Shown: piece after piece, positions 1 to 10,619 of the stretch
Numbering within the stretch: the stretch's first letter is position 1
Layout: each line of letters begins with the position of its first letter
Source of the DNA: Octopus bimaculoides
Taxonomy: Eukaryota
DNA length: 38,709 nucleotides
Assembly (NCBI RefSeq): GCF_001194135.2
Contig: NC_069005.1
Coordinates: 12,990,277-13,028,985 of the forward strand
Reading direction: 5' to 3'
The notes under the pieces: model-generated
The model's input: the letters and a program-made list of their open reading frames with translations, nothing else
The model's database searches: none
Told to the model about the DNA's origin: nothing
Translations under genes and position numbers: made by a program

Positions 1-233
1 GGGTGGCACATAAAAGACACCATTTCGAGCGTGGCCGTTTTCGTGCGGGTGACACGTAAAAGCACCCACTACACTCTCTGAGTGGTTGGCGTTAGGAAGG
101 GCATCCAGCTGTAGAAACTCTGCCAAATCAGACTGGAGCCTGGTGTTGCCATCCGGTTTCACCAGTCCTCAGTCAAATCGTCCAACCCATGCTAGCATGG
201 AAAGCGGACGTTAAACGATGATGATGATGATGA

Positions 234-235
<2 letters not shown>
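1..235 (+). mobile_element. SINE family D 3' part (Meta-domain-like core, (GAT)n tail)
   Basis: GAGTGGTTGGCGTTAGGAAGGGCATCCAGCTGTAGAAA core, then TCCAACCCATGCTAGCATGGAAAGCGGACGTTAAACGATGATG tail; the same core start and tail recur at 1090-1212. Confidence 0.7.
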
Positions 236-261
<26 letters not shown>

Positions 262-264
<3 letters not shown>

Positions 265-422
265 CGATGGACTTCTTTCAGTTTCCATCTACCAAATCTA
301 CTCACATGGCTTCAAGGCTTTGGTTGGCTTGAAGTTGTAATAGAAGACACTTGTCCAAGGTACCACACAGTGGGACTGAACCACATGATTAGGAAGCAAG
401 CTTCTTATCGCACAGTCATGCC
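262..422 (-). mobile_element. SINE family A, 5' half (tRNA-like head)
   Basis: Reverse-complement match to the head at 12894-13040 (GTGGGACTGAACC, GACACTTGTCCAAGG, TTTCAGTTTCC); ends at a (TA)n tract. Confidence 0.75.
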
Positions 423-521
423 TGATATATTATTGTTCACCAATAAAATAAAGCATAAAATAAAGAAAATAAAGAGAAACAAAAAAGTAACTGATGAATA
501 TGAGTTGAACCCTTTACTTAC

Positions 522-684
522 CCATTCCCCACATGCAGCCATCATCTGGGCTGATGATTTCATGAGGGTTTCCTATTAAATTATCTTGTCGAAGGAGATC
601 AGCTTCTTTCTTCTGTTTTTCCCTTTGTAACTTCAGTTCTGTTACACTCAGTTCAGCCTCTTCTTCTCGATCATCTTCAGGACC
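522..684 (-). CDS. SLC4A1AP: Kanadaptin coding exon 2
   Basis: Translates GPEDDREEEAELSVTELKLQREKQ...GCMWGM(G), matching the kanadaptin segment GPEEDRE.ESELTVT.L...GCTWGMG as I recall it. Acceptor tttctcttaaag|GGT (AG at 686-685), donor G|gtaagt (521-516). Joins exon 1 in phase 0. Confidence 0.9.
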
Positions 685-814
685 CTTTAAGAGAAACATT
701 TATTTAAAGCAAGAGTCATCCATAAGTAGAGTGGGTGGCAGCCCACATAAAGGCCACTGAAGTATTATCTGTTGGTTCTGGGTCTGCCCCAAAGATTTTT
801 TCTAATTTAACATA

Positions 815-985
815 GCCATAGTTGTGTGGTTACAAAGTTTAGTTCCCAAACACAGGGTTTCACCTTCAATTCCATTACATAGCACCTTGGGCAGGTGATT
901 TCTATTATAACCCTCAGGCCAACCCAAAGCCTTGCAATTGGATTTCGTAGATAAGAAACTGAGAGAAGCTAGTTGTCTATGTATA
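815..985 (+). mobile_element. SINE family A, degraded 5' half
   Basis: GTTGTGTGGTT...AGCACCTTGGGCAGGTG...CCAAAGCCTTG...GAAACTGAGAGAAGC aligns with the family A head. Confidence 0.6.
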
Positions 986-1089
986 TATCATTGGGTGTAG
1001 GTAATGGAGTAGGTAAATATGTACTACATATGTTTCCAAGGATGGCCAACTGGCGGTTATGTAACTTTAGAGTAGAAAGGGCATCTAGC

Positions 1090-1212
1090 ATCTAGTGGTT
1101 GGCATTCAGAAGGACGGTGGAGCTTGGTGCAGACCTCCAGCTTACCAGCTGCTGTCAAAACGTCCAACCCATGCCAGTATGGAAGACAGACATTAAATGA
1201 TGACGATGATGA
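1090..1212 (+). mobile_element. SINE family D, internally deleted fragment
   Basis: AGTGGTTGGCATTCAGAAGG...CGTCCAACCCATGCCAGTATGGAAGACAGACATTAAATGATGACGATG, homologous to 80-235. Confidence 0.65.
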
Positions 1213-2158
1213 GGAGGAGGCAATTCTCTTATATCATAATTTCATAAAATTTTAACTTATTGTAAAAATAAAGTCATTATATATGCATAAGACATAAGTA
1301 TCTAATATATTGAATTTCTTTCAGACTTCAATTACAAATCAATCATAAATGTACCTATTAATCAAGTTTCCTCACAAACACACACACAGCAAATGTGTGT
1401 TCACTTGTGTCTGCCTGCTTGTATACACACTTATATTGGTTTTGTTACATTCCAAAACAAACTTTCAGATTTAAAGAAAACTATTACCATTTTACTACTA
1501 AGTTCCTGGCAAATGAACATCTCTGTAGCGTTCAGTGGTTTCACTTGCTGAATCATAAAACGAAAGATCACCTCAACCATGTAAGTTTGTCTATCACATC
1601 TCACACTGATTTCTTTTTTTCTTTTTATTAAATGTGCACTTTAAGGATTTTTTTGATAAAGGAAAGGAAGTTAACCAGAAGTAATGACCACAAACTAGTG
1701 AACTCTGACAATTTCATGTAAACAATCTATGGTGAATCCACAGGAACAACAACACAGATTCTTGTCCGTTCTTTCTGTAAAGCTCAGTAGTCATGCAGGA
1801 TTATTGCCTTGCTAGTATGTAACAATGTTGGCTATCATGCATCGCCATACAAGCGGCAAACTGCCTTCTCTGGAATGTTCATTGTTGCATATATGTTGGA
1901 ATGGTGTACCTCAGCTGCTGTTTCTAGTTCTCCAGATATTACTAGAAGGTAATGTACATACAAGTGCCTGTGTATACAACACAATGAGAAAGTTCTGTTA
2001 ATAATATTACAAGATTTCGTTAGTTCTTTTTATGAAATTATGGAATTTCTGGTCAATATACTTTCATTTTTGAAACTACAAAAGTACAAGTTAACCGTTT
2101 TCTATTTATCTTTCTTTTATAACCTATCAACTATAATGTAAACAATATCTCAATGTTA

Positions 2159-2363
2159 CGAGATGGGTGCTAAAAAGTTCCTGACTTTGGGTAAAAGAAA
2201 ATACAGGAGGATCAGTTGGTTATGATTTTATTCAACATATTTTCCACACACTTACTGCAGCAGTCCAGTTTTTCTAAGCCCTGTAAAAGAACTGGGACAG
2301 TTGGGCCTCCAGCCAAGCCTTTCGAAACATCCTTAAAGCCAGGAACTTTTCAGCACACCTTCG
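2159..2363. mobile_element. Mariner-type MITE (205 bp)
   Basis: TIRs CGAGATGGGTGCTAAAAAGTTCCTGACTTT and AAAGCCAGGAACTTTTCAGCACACCTTCG, flanked by TA at 2157-2158 and 2364-2365; no ORF. Confidence 0.8.
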
Positions 2364-2380
2364 TAAATATTCGTCTGTCC

Positions 2381-2618
2381 CAGGGGTTCTCGATAATTTT
2401 TTTTACCTATGGGCCCTTTTAATGCCTACTTTACTCGGGAAGGAACACTCTCATAGCGTTTCGATGTCTAAAACTCTTATATTTTTATGAATTGTATGAA
2501 AATATGTTTAAATGTTACGTACTGAAGAAATATAACAAGTTTACTGCACATAAATTTTAACAACAAAATCTTACATGGTTCCCCCAAGGGGCATATGGGC
2601 CCCGGTTGAGAAACAGTA
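2381..2618 (+). mobile_element. hAT-like MITE copy 1
   Basis: Termini CAGGGGTTCTC...GGTTGAGAAACAGTA resemble the hAT/Charlie consensus CAGTGGTTCTCAACC; interior (ACCTATGG...TTACTCGGG...AATTTTAACAA.AAAATC) shared with 4365-4958 and 5001-5165. Confidence 0.6.
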
Positions 2619-2676
2619 TCCCATGCTCGCGTGAAAGTAAAACAGTCATAAAACGAGGGAATGAACGAAAACAAAC

Positions 2677-3285
2677 CTGGAGGATGAACAATCGACTGCT
2701 GCCGCCAAATTTGATTACATGACCAACACGGATTCGATGATAAACCTTGGGACGAACTTGTATCTTATTAATCCAAGTTCCATGTGTACTATCAAGGTCG
2801 TATAGATACCAACCCTGCTGATACCGGTCGCATGTGGTGCCACAATGTTGTATACAGGCGTGATATCGCGAGAGAGACGGATGCTCTAAAGTAACATCAC
2901 AAGTCGGCAAACGACCGAATATAAAGAAGGGTTTCTCTGTCAAATTTACTTTGTCGATAATGCTGCCGTTCCTTAATACATCGAACGAATATGGTTTCGT
3001 AGCCATTCCACTCCAATAAGGTTCTTTATAAGGGATCGAGGCTGTTAGGTTTGTTGGTTTTGACGAAGGTGAGTCAACATCAGGTTCATCACATTCGAGT
3101 TCTTCGGAAGAGATCGTTGGTATATTTTGTTCATCGTTGCTTTTAACGATTTCTAAGGGTTTTTTGAAATCAATTTCTTCTTTGTCGTTCATATCTGCTC
3201 TGTCTGTATCAGCAGGTTTCTTTTCTTCGTCAGAAGAATCCATTTTTACTTCGTCTGTTATTGTTTTGGTGGACGTATCATCCAT
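2677..3285 (-). CDS. SLC4A1AP: Kanadaptin coding exon 1 (acidic N-terminus plus FHA domain)
   Basis: PYKEPYWSG...FGRLPTCDVTLEHPSLSRYHACIQH...YLYDLDSTHGTWINK...RVGHVIKFGGSSRLFILQ is an FHA domain with the kanadaptin-type context. ATG at 3285-3283; donor CAG|gtttgt at 2676; 203 codons, phase 0. Confidence 0.93.
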
Positions 3286-3935
3286 TTTGAATATCTTCAA
3301 CCGCTTACGGGTATGAAAATATACCGCTTATGTTATTAAAGATATATTTTTCATATAACTATTTTAGAAAGTAGAATTCTAAATAATATCTTGGCTTTCA
3401 AAATATTGTTGTAATATATATAAATATGCAAATTAAATAAATAAATAAGTATAAAATAATTCCCTTGATTTTCACATGGAAATTAAGTCAGCGAGGTTGT
3501 TGAATGAAAAAACTATTTCCTTTAAGATATATATACAACAATAGCTAATGATAACAAATACTCTTTTCAACCATTTTTATCCTTAATACATATATTTGTG
3601 TCGTTCAAAGAATTTGTGTAGAAATATTTCAATAGTTATTCTGCTAATTTAATATTGAAAACGCAAATGTTTTATAACTTAATGAGAAAGGGAAAAGCAG
3701 TGTCCTGACTGCTGCAGTTGGACACAACACATCAGATATGCTTTGTATGGAGAATGTTAATAGATGATTTATTGATAAGATAACGAAATTATTATCAAAT
3801 CGGAAAACTGTCTCAAAGAGTCACTTCTAAAAAAAAAAAAAATTAGATAAATAAGGGAGACAACTTCTGAAAAGGTTATGGCAGTTTTGTCCCATGGAAA
3901 TAGGAATTATTTTGTTTTTGTTTATTCTATTCAGT

Positions 3936-4045
3936 TAGGTAGGTAGCTAGCTAGGTAGGTAGGTAGGTAGGTAGGTAGGCAGGTAGGTAGGTAGGTAGGC
4001 AGGCAGACAGGCAGGCAGGTACGTAGGTAGGCAGACAGACAGATG
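3936..4045. repeat. Compound (GTAG)/(GCAG)/(ACAG) microsatellite
   Basis: Direct tetranucleotide repeats. Confidence 0.9.
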
Positions 4046-4250
4046 TGCGCGTGTCCCTTCACCGCTTGAAACCGGTGTCGATTTGTTTGCTTCCCTCTAA
4101 CTTAGCGGTGCGTCAATAAAGAAAACCGATAGAATAAGTACAAACTTTAAAAAAATAAGCATTGAGGTCGAATTGTTCGACTGAAATTCTTCAAGGTAGT
4201 GCCCCAGCATGGCCGCAAGTCTCATGACTGAAACAAGTAGAAAAAATGAA
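4046..4250 (+). mobile_element. SINE family A, 3' half (variant)
   Basis: AACTTAGCGG...CCGATAGAATAAGTAC...CCAGCATGGCCGC...ATGACTGAAACAAGTA matches 13440-13640. Confidence 0.7.
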
Positions 4251-4364
4251 AGAGAAATGTCAGTTCACATGTCTATGTTCACATGTCTATGTCGCTGACC
4301 ATTAGTTATTTCTCTCAGCAGCTCATTTTGATCATTTCAGATCGGGCGGTGGGGAATGTCGGGT

Positions 4365-4958
4365 TAGTGGTTCACAAGCATTTTATTATTTTTTTTTAAC
4401 CTATGGACTTTTTAGATTCCTGTTTTACTCGGGTGGGACCTTCCCAGCCATTTGACGTAGGAATTGTATACTCCTTTACTTGTTTCAGTCATTTGACTGC
4501 GGCCATGCTAGAGCACCGCCTTTAGTCGAGCAATTCGACCCCTGGACTTATCCCTTGTAAGCCTAGTACTTATTCTATCGGTCACTTTTACCGAACCGCT
4601 AAGTGACGGGGACGTAAACACACCAACATCAGCTGTCAAGCGATGCTAGGGGGACAAACACAGACACAAACACACACACACACACACACACAGAGTTTCC
4701 GTCTAACAAATCTACTTACAAGGCTTTGGTCGGTCCGAGGTTATAGTAGAAGACACTTGTCCAAGATGCCACGTAGTGGGACTGAACCCGGAACCATGTG
4801 GCTGGTTAGCAAACTACTTACGACACAGCCATTCCTGCGCCTATGAAAATAATGAAAATAATTATTAAAATATTTTATATATTCTAGAAGTATAACCGAA
4901 TTTTAACACGGGAATTTTAACAATAAAATCCTATATGGACCCTGGTTGAGAACCACTA
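4365..4958 (+). mobile_element. hAT-like MITE copy 2, interrupted by a SINE-A
   Basis: TAGTGGTTCACAAGC...GGTTGAGAACCACTA inverted termini; left and right halves align with copy 1 once 4469-4841 is removed. Confidence 0.65.
4469..4841 (-). mobile_element. SINE family A, full length, with internal (CA)n
   Basis: On the minus strand: A-box-like TGGCTGTGTCG, B-box-like GGTTCAGTCC, central (TG)n, and 3' tail ATGACTGAAACAAGTAAAGGAG. Confidence 0.85.
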
Positions 4959-5000
4959 CTGTAGGGGTCAGTTATATAGGGAGTAGATTATACTCTGGGG

Positions 5001-5165
5001 CAATGTTTCTCAGCCATATTCTACCTATGGACACTTTTTATTCCTATTTTATTCGGATGAACCCTCCCCGCCATTCGATGTTTAAAAAATCCTATTTTAT
5101 TTTGATAATTAAATATTATTAGAATTATTAAAGTATCTCGTCTATTTTAGAAGTATAAGTTATCT
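5001..5165 (+). mobile_element. hAT-like MITE copy 3 (5' part, cut by SINE-A)
   Basis: CAATGTTTCTCAGCC terminus; ACCTATGGAC...ATTCGGATG...GCCATTCGATGTT shared with copies 1 and 2. Confidence 0.5.
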
Positions 5166-5167
5166 AT

Positions 5168-5550
5168 TACTCTTTACTCTTTTACTTGTTTCAGTCATTT
5201 GACTGCAGCCATGCTGGAGCACTGTCTTTAGTCAAATCAAATCGACCCCAGAACTTATTCTTTGGAAGCGTAGTACTTATTCTATCGGTCTATTTTGCCG
5301 AACCGTTAAGTGACGGAGACATAAACACACCAGCATCGATTGTCAAGCAATGCTAGGGGGATAAACACAGACACACAAACACACAGAGACACACACACAC
5401 ATATATACATACATACGACTGGCTTCTTTCAGTTTCCGTCTGCCAAATCCACTCACAAGGCTTTGATCGGCCCGAGGCTATAGCAGAAGACACTTGCCCA
5501 AGATGCCACGCAGTGGGACTGAACCCGGAACCATATGGTTGGTAAGCAAG
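5168..5550 (-). mobile_element. SINE family A, near full length (5' end runs into gap)
   Basis: Colinear with 4469-4841, including the internal CA/TA microsatellite. Confidence 0.85.
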
Positions 5551-6038
5551 NNNNNNNNNNNNNNNNNNNNNNNNNNNNNNNNNNNNNNNNNNNNNNNNNN
5601 NNNNNNNNNNNNNNNNNNNNNNNNNNNNNNNNNNNNNNNNNNNNNNNNNNNNNNNNNNNNNNNNNNNNNNNNNNNNNNNNNNNNNNNNNNNNNNNNNNNN
5701 NNNNNNNNNNNNNNNNNNNNNNNNNNNNNNNNNNNNNNNNNNNNNNNNNNNNNNNNNNNNNNNNNNNNNNNNNNNNNNNNNNNNNNNNNNNNNNNNNNNN
5801 NNNNNNNNNNNNNNNNNNNNNNNNNNNNNNNNNNNNNNNNNNNNNNNNNNNNNNNNNNNNNNNNNNNNNNNNNNNNNNNNNNNNNNNNNNNNNNNNNNNN
5901 NNNNNNNNNNNNNNNNNNNNNNNNNNNNNNNNNNNNNNNNNNNNNNNNNNNNNNNNNNNNNNNNNNNNNNNNNNNNNNNNNNNNNNNNNNNNNNNNNNNN
6001 NNNNNNNNNNNNNNNNNNNNNNNNNNNNNNNNNNNNNN

Positions 6039-7360
6039 TTGGAGTGAGAAACTCAATACTCTCCTCAATAGAACCACCATCAGGAGGCACTAAGCGTATC
6101 CTCTCTCTGCACCACTTGAGCCCTTCTGGCTCAGTACATTTACTTAGCATCTATGCTCCCACTCTCAACAGCTCAGCAGAGACCAAGGACCAGTTCTACA
6201 AAGATCTCAACTGTGTCATTAGAAACATACCAACCAACGAAAACATCTACCTTCTATGAGATTTTAACGTTCGCGTGGGATCTGACCATGACTCGTGGCC
6301 CATTTGTATCGGATATTTTGGTATTGGCAACATGAACGACAATGGTCAGAGACTGCTTGAATTTTGCACATACCATAACCTGTGCATCACCAACACATTC
6401 TTTGCCAACAAGCCATCCCACAAGGCATCTTGGAGACATCCAAGATCTCACCACTGGCATCAGTTGGATCTCATCATCACACGAAGATCCTTTGTGATTT
6501 CTGTCCAACTGACCCGTAGCTACCACAGCACGGACTGTGACACAGATCATTCACTAATAAGCATCAGGGTGAGGATTCTGCCTAAAAAAGTCCATCACTC
6601 CAAGAAAATGGGCCGACCACGCATTAACACTGCCAGAACCTCGGACCCTGCACTGCGAAAATGTTTTGCTGTCTCTATCAATGTTGCCCTCAGTAGCTGC
6701 CCATCCTCCTCTGCTGAAAGTAGGTAAAATTATATCCGGGAAGCTTTGTATACCACATCGATAGATTTTTTGGCATGAGTGAAAGGCAAAATCCAGATTG
6801 GTTCAGTGCTGGGCTCTCAGAGTTGGAATCAGTTATCGAAGCAAAGCGCGCAGCTCTGATGCAATACAAGAGTGATTCTTCTACAAAGTCACTCGAAGAA
6901 CTCAGAAAGGCAAGAAATAGAACCCAACTGACTGCCAGACGCTGTGCAAATAGGTATTGGCAGGAAATCTGTCAGAGTATCCAGTCAGCCGCTGACAGTG
7001 GCGACACCCGTGGGATGTATGTCGGTTTGAAGAAAGCCCTCTGAAATCAACTACTGGAGGTTTCATGAAGGACCAAAGCAAGCAAATGGATAGAATGGTG
7101 GAGGACTACCAGGATCTCTACTCACGGGAGACCACGGTCGCTGAGGCCGCAATCGAGGTTGTCAAGCGGAGCTCACAAAGGCTATTGACTCCCTAGCCAG
7201 TGGCAAGGCTCCGGGAAAAGACGGCATCCCTTCAGAGATCATCAAAGCCGGCAAAAACACTGCTCTGCTTCGGCACATTCATGAGCTTCTGTGTCAGTGG
7301 TGAGAAGAGGGTACTGTCCCTCAGGATATTCAGGATATGCAGGATGCTAACATCATTACG
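6039..7360 (+). mobile_element. RTE-clade LINE remnant (AP endonuclease through start of RT), frameshifted
   Basis: SIYAPTLNSSAETKDQFY, (G)DFNVRVG, GNMNDNGQRLLEFC..HNLCITNTFF, SWRHPRSHHWHQLDLIITRR, TDCDTDHSL, and later KAIDSLASGKAPGKDGIPSE and QDMQDANIITIY motifs; several stops and frameshifts. Confidence 0.9.
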
Positions 7361-7561
7361 ATTTACAGATTTTTATTCATTTGGGCAGCTATTCGCAACA
7401 TCAGTGTACGTTTTATTCGCTTTTTCCTATAATCAAAGGGGATGAATTCTCTCTCATCCGAAAATGTAGCTGGCTGCGTATGCGTGCTATTGAAAAAACT
7501 TAAAAAGGCCGAAATGCATTTGGCGCTCTCGCTGGCCAATTTTGGAACGAATTTCTCTCTT

Positions 7562-7563
7562 CT

Positions 7564-7661
<98 letters not shown>
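7562..7661. repeat. (CT)n-(TA)n-(GA)n compound microsatellite (self-complementary arms)
   Basis: Direct observation; runs into a gap. Confidence 0.9.
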
Positions 7662-7869
7662 NNNNNNNNNNNNNNNNNNNNNNNNNNNNNNNNNNNNNNN
7701 NNNNNNNNNNNNNNNNNNNNNNNNNNNNNNNNNNNNNNNNNNNNNNNNNNNNNNNNNNNNNNNNNNNNNNNNNNNNNNNNNNNNNNNNNNNNNNNNNNNN
7801 NNNNNNNNNNNNNNNNNNNNNNNNNNNNNNNNNNNNNNNNNNNNNNNNNNNNNNNNNNNNNNNNNNNNA

Positions 7870-8070
7870 CTTAAGACATTTGACTGTGGCCATGCTGCAA
7901 CACCGCCTTTTTAATCGAAGTAATCGACCCCAGGACTTATTCATTGTAAGTCTGGTACTTATTTTATCAGTCTCTTTTGCCGAACCGCAAGATTCGGGGA
8001 AGTGAACACACAAACATCGGTTGTCAAGTGAATGGTGGGGGTGGGACAAACACAGCCACAAAAATACACA
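7870..8070 (-). mobile_element. SINE family A, 3' half
   Basis: CATTTGACTGTGGCCATGCTG...ATCGACCCCAGGACTTATTC...TTTTGCCGAACCGC...GGACAAACACAG. Confidence 0.75.
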
Positions 8071-8071
8071 C

Positions 8072-8136
<65 letters not shown>

Positions 8137-9014
8137 TAAACAGATAGATATACATATATACATATATATATACACTCCTATCTTATCTTGGTTACTGCCA
8201 ATCCAGCACGAACTTCTCTTTCCCTTCCAGTTCGTCTCACCACAGCGTTCTGTATACATATATATTTTTTCACGTCTGGCCCTACCAGCCCTTCTTGTTT
8301 ATTTTCCCTGTTTCGTTTTCCTGTCATGTTTTCTGTTCGCCACGATATTCCTCCGCACTACAAATTTAATTTGTTTCCGCGGGAAGAGCCAATCTAACAA
8401 TGCGTCCTGTCCTAAAACTTCGAAACGCTTAGTTTTAGAGTGGTGGCAGCTGATGAAGGAAATGTTCTCTATGTGACCTGTGTGTTTTTTGTACTCTGTT
8501 TATGTTCTGTTTTTCATTCTATCCACTTTTTTTGTAACGTCCTGTACCCAGATATGCATCTATATATACATGAAGATGTAGGTATGTACACACATGTACG
8601 TATATATGCATATACTCACATATTATATATANNNNNNNNNNNNNNNNNNNNNNNNNNNNNNNNNNNNNNNNNNNNNNNNNNNNNNNNNNNNNNNNNNNNN
8701 NNNNNNNNNNNNNNNNNNNNNNNNNNNNNNNNNNNNNNNNNNNNNNNNNNNNNNNNNNNNNNNNNNNNNNNNNNNNNNNNNNNNNNNNNNNNNNNNNNNN
8801 NNNNNNNNNNNNNNNNNNNNNNNNNNNNNNNNNNNNNNNNNNNNNNNNNNNNNNNNNNNNNNNNNNNNNNNNNNNNNNNNNNNNNNNNNNNNNNNNNNNN
8901 NNNNNNNNNNNNNNNNNNNNNNNNNNNNNNNNNNNNNNNNNNNNNNNNNNNNNNNNNNNNNNNNNNNNNNNNNNNNNNNNNNNNNNNNNNNNNNNNNNNN
9001 NNNNATATATATAT

Positions 9015-9150
9015 ACACGACGGGCTTCTTTTCAATTTCCGTCAACTAAATCCATCCGCAAGGGTTTGGTCGGCCCGAGGCTCTAGGAGAAGGCACCTGG
9101 AACCCCATGGTTGGGATGCAAGCTTCTTACTACACAACCACATCTGCACC
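9015..9150 (-). mobile_element. SINE family A, 5' half (deleted)
   Basis: ACGACGGGCTTCTTTTCAATTTCCGTC...TTTGGTCGGCCCGAGGCT...GCAAGCTTCTTACTACACAACCAC. Confidence 0.7.
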
Positions 9151-9509
9151 TATATCTTTCTGATATTTATTGTTTATAACAAACCAAGTCTGTTAGAGAT
9201 GTTATCTCAGGACAAATACTGCTGTAGCTGGCCTATCGGATGTCAGCATGCATTACGTATGGTACATAGGTGTATCGTTTGATATATATACATATATCAA
9301 CAACCATCCAGCGACGGAGTAGTGTGGCAGTTATCTCCCCTGTCAGTATATAAAAATGTTCTTTCTGCGGGGTTTTTAGCTGTTACTTCTAGCAAAGCAA
9401 GAGCTACCCTCCACCGTCAGGCACAAATAGTGATAATTGAATTTTCCTTTTTGGTTTTCTATTGCGTATAGCCACCTTCATGTATATATATATATATATA
9501 CATGAAGAC

Positions 9510-10122
9510 GTCGGCCGAAATGCTTTGTGGTATTTCATCTGCCATTACATTCTGAGTTCGAATTCTGCTGAGGTCGACTTTGCCTTTCATCCTTTTGGGG
9601 TCGATAAAATAAGTACTAGTTACGCACTGGGGTCGATGTAATCGACTTAATCCCTTTGTCTGTCCATGTTTGTCCTCTCTATGTTTAGCCCCTTGTGGGC
9701 AATAAAGAAATAAGAAACGTTAGCACGCCAGGTTAAATGCTTAGAGGTATTTCGTCTGTCCTTACATTCTGAGTTCAAATTCCACCGAGATCGACTTTGC
9801 CTTTCATCCTTTCAGGTACGATAAATTAAGTACCAGTTGTGTACCGGGGTCGATCTAACCGACTGGCCCTTCCCCCAAGGTTTCAGGTCTTGTGCCTCGA
9901 GTAGAAAATAATTATTTTTTTTTATCTAGAGGACCGTATTTCGTTTGCCGTTACGTTCTGAGTTCAAATTCTGCCGAGGTCGAATTTGCTTTTCATCCCT
10001 TCAGGGTCGATTATATAAGTACCAGTTACACACTGGAGTCGATGTACTCGACTTAATCTCTTTGTTTGTCCTTGTTTGTTCCGTCTGTTTAGCCCCCATC
10101 CCCGTGGGCAATAAAGAAATAA
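9510..10122 (+). mobile_element. Three tandem SINE family B units (Deu/Nin-like core)
   Basis: TTCTGAGTTC.AATTC.GC.GAGGTCGA.TTTGC.TTTCATCC...GAT..AT.AAGTAC.AGTT...GGGGTCGAT occurs three times (about 9550, 9770, 9960). Confidence 0.8.
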
Positions 10123-10130
10123 ATAGTTTT

Positions 10131-10262
10131 GTTATCTATGAAGAAATCAGTGACGTCATTACAATGACAGTGTTGTTACAATGGCGTCACTGCAATAACG
10201 TCATTTCAATGACAGGATTTTTGCAATGACGTCACCACAGTAACGTCATTGGCAAAAACGTT
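10131..10262. repeat. TGACGTCA-rich module, copy 1
   Basis: AGAAATCAGTGACGTC...GGCAAA.ACGT aligns end to end with 14571-14700; perfect TGACGTCA at 10151 and 10227. Confidence 0.8.
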
Positions 10263-10619
10263 TTCCTATTTCTGTTGTAATTCATGGTGTAGCATACTGG
10301 AATTGTTGCTTGCTGGAAAGGCGTAGCGAACGTAAGAGAGAATCTCATCAATCGTAATTATTTTTCCAGTTTCACTTTTGCAGTCTTATTTTCGAAATTA
10401 TATTGACAATTTTTAGCTTGTTTTTAAGTTCAAATGCTTCTAGATATTCTTTTTAAAAAAAGCAAAGCATTTCTATCTTAGATGTATAAAGTCTTTGCAC
10501 AGTGCTCCAGTATCAGAAACATTCGAAATTATATTTAAGTAACGTATACACACACACCCAAAAATAAAGCCACGATATTAGCAAAATTATTTTTCAGAAA
10601 ACTACTCGTAGCCTGCCTA

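Noticed and set aside
2557-2676. C-terminal VCFRSF... extension of ORF 2557-3300
   Set aside because: It is intron read-through past the CAG|GTTTGT donor; homology resumes in exon 2.
3286-3300. ORF-track start at 3300 for kanadaptin
   Set aside because: It is a TTG codon; the first in-frame ATG is at 3285.
3301-6000. Head-to-head neighbour gene sharing the kanadaptin promoter
   Set aside because: No plus-strand exon-like ORF is visible; the region is MITEs, SINEs and a microsatellite.
8385-8470. Intact hammerhead ribozyme
   Set aside because: Core words are present, but helices I and II cannot be formed in type I, II or III topology; kept only as a possible decayed remnant.
9476-9507. Perfect palindrome CTTCATGTA(TA)nTACATGAAG
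   Set aside because: Mostly self-complementary (TA)n with short arms; no further support.
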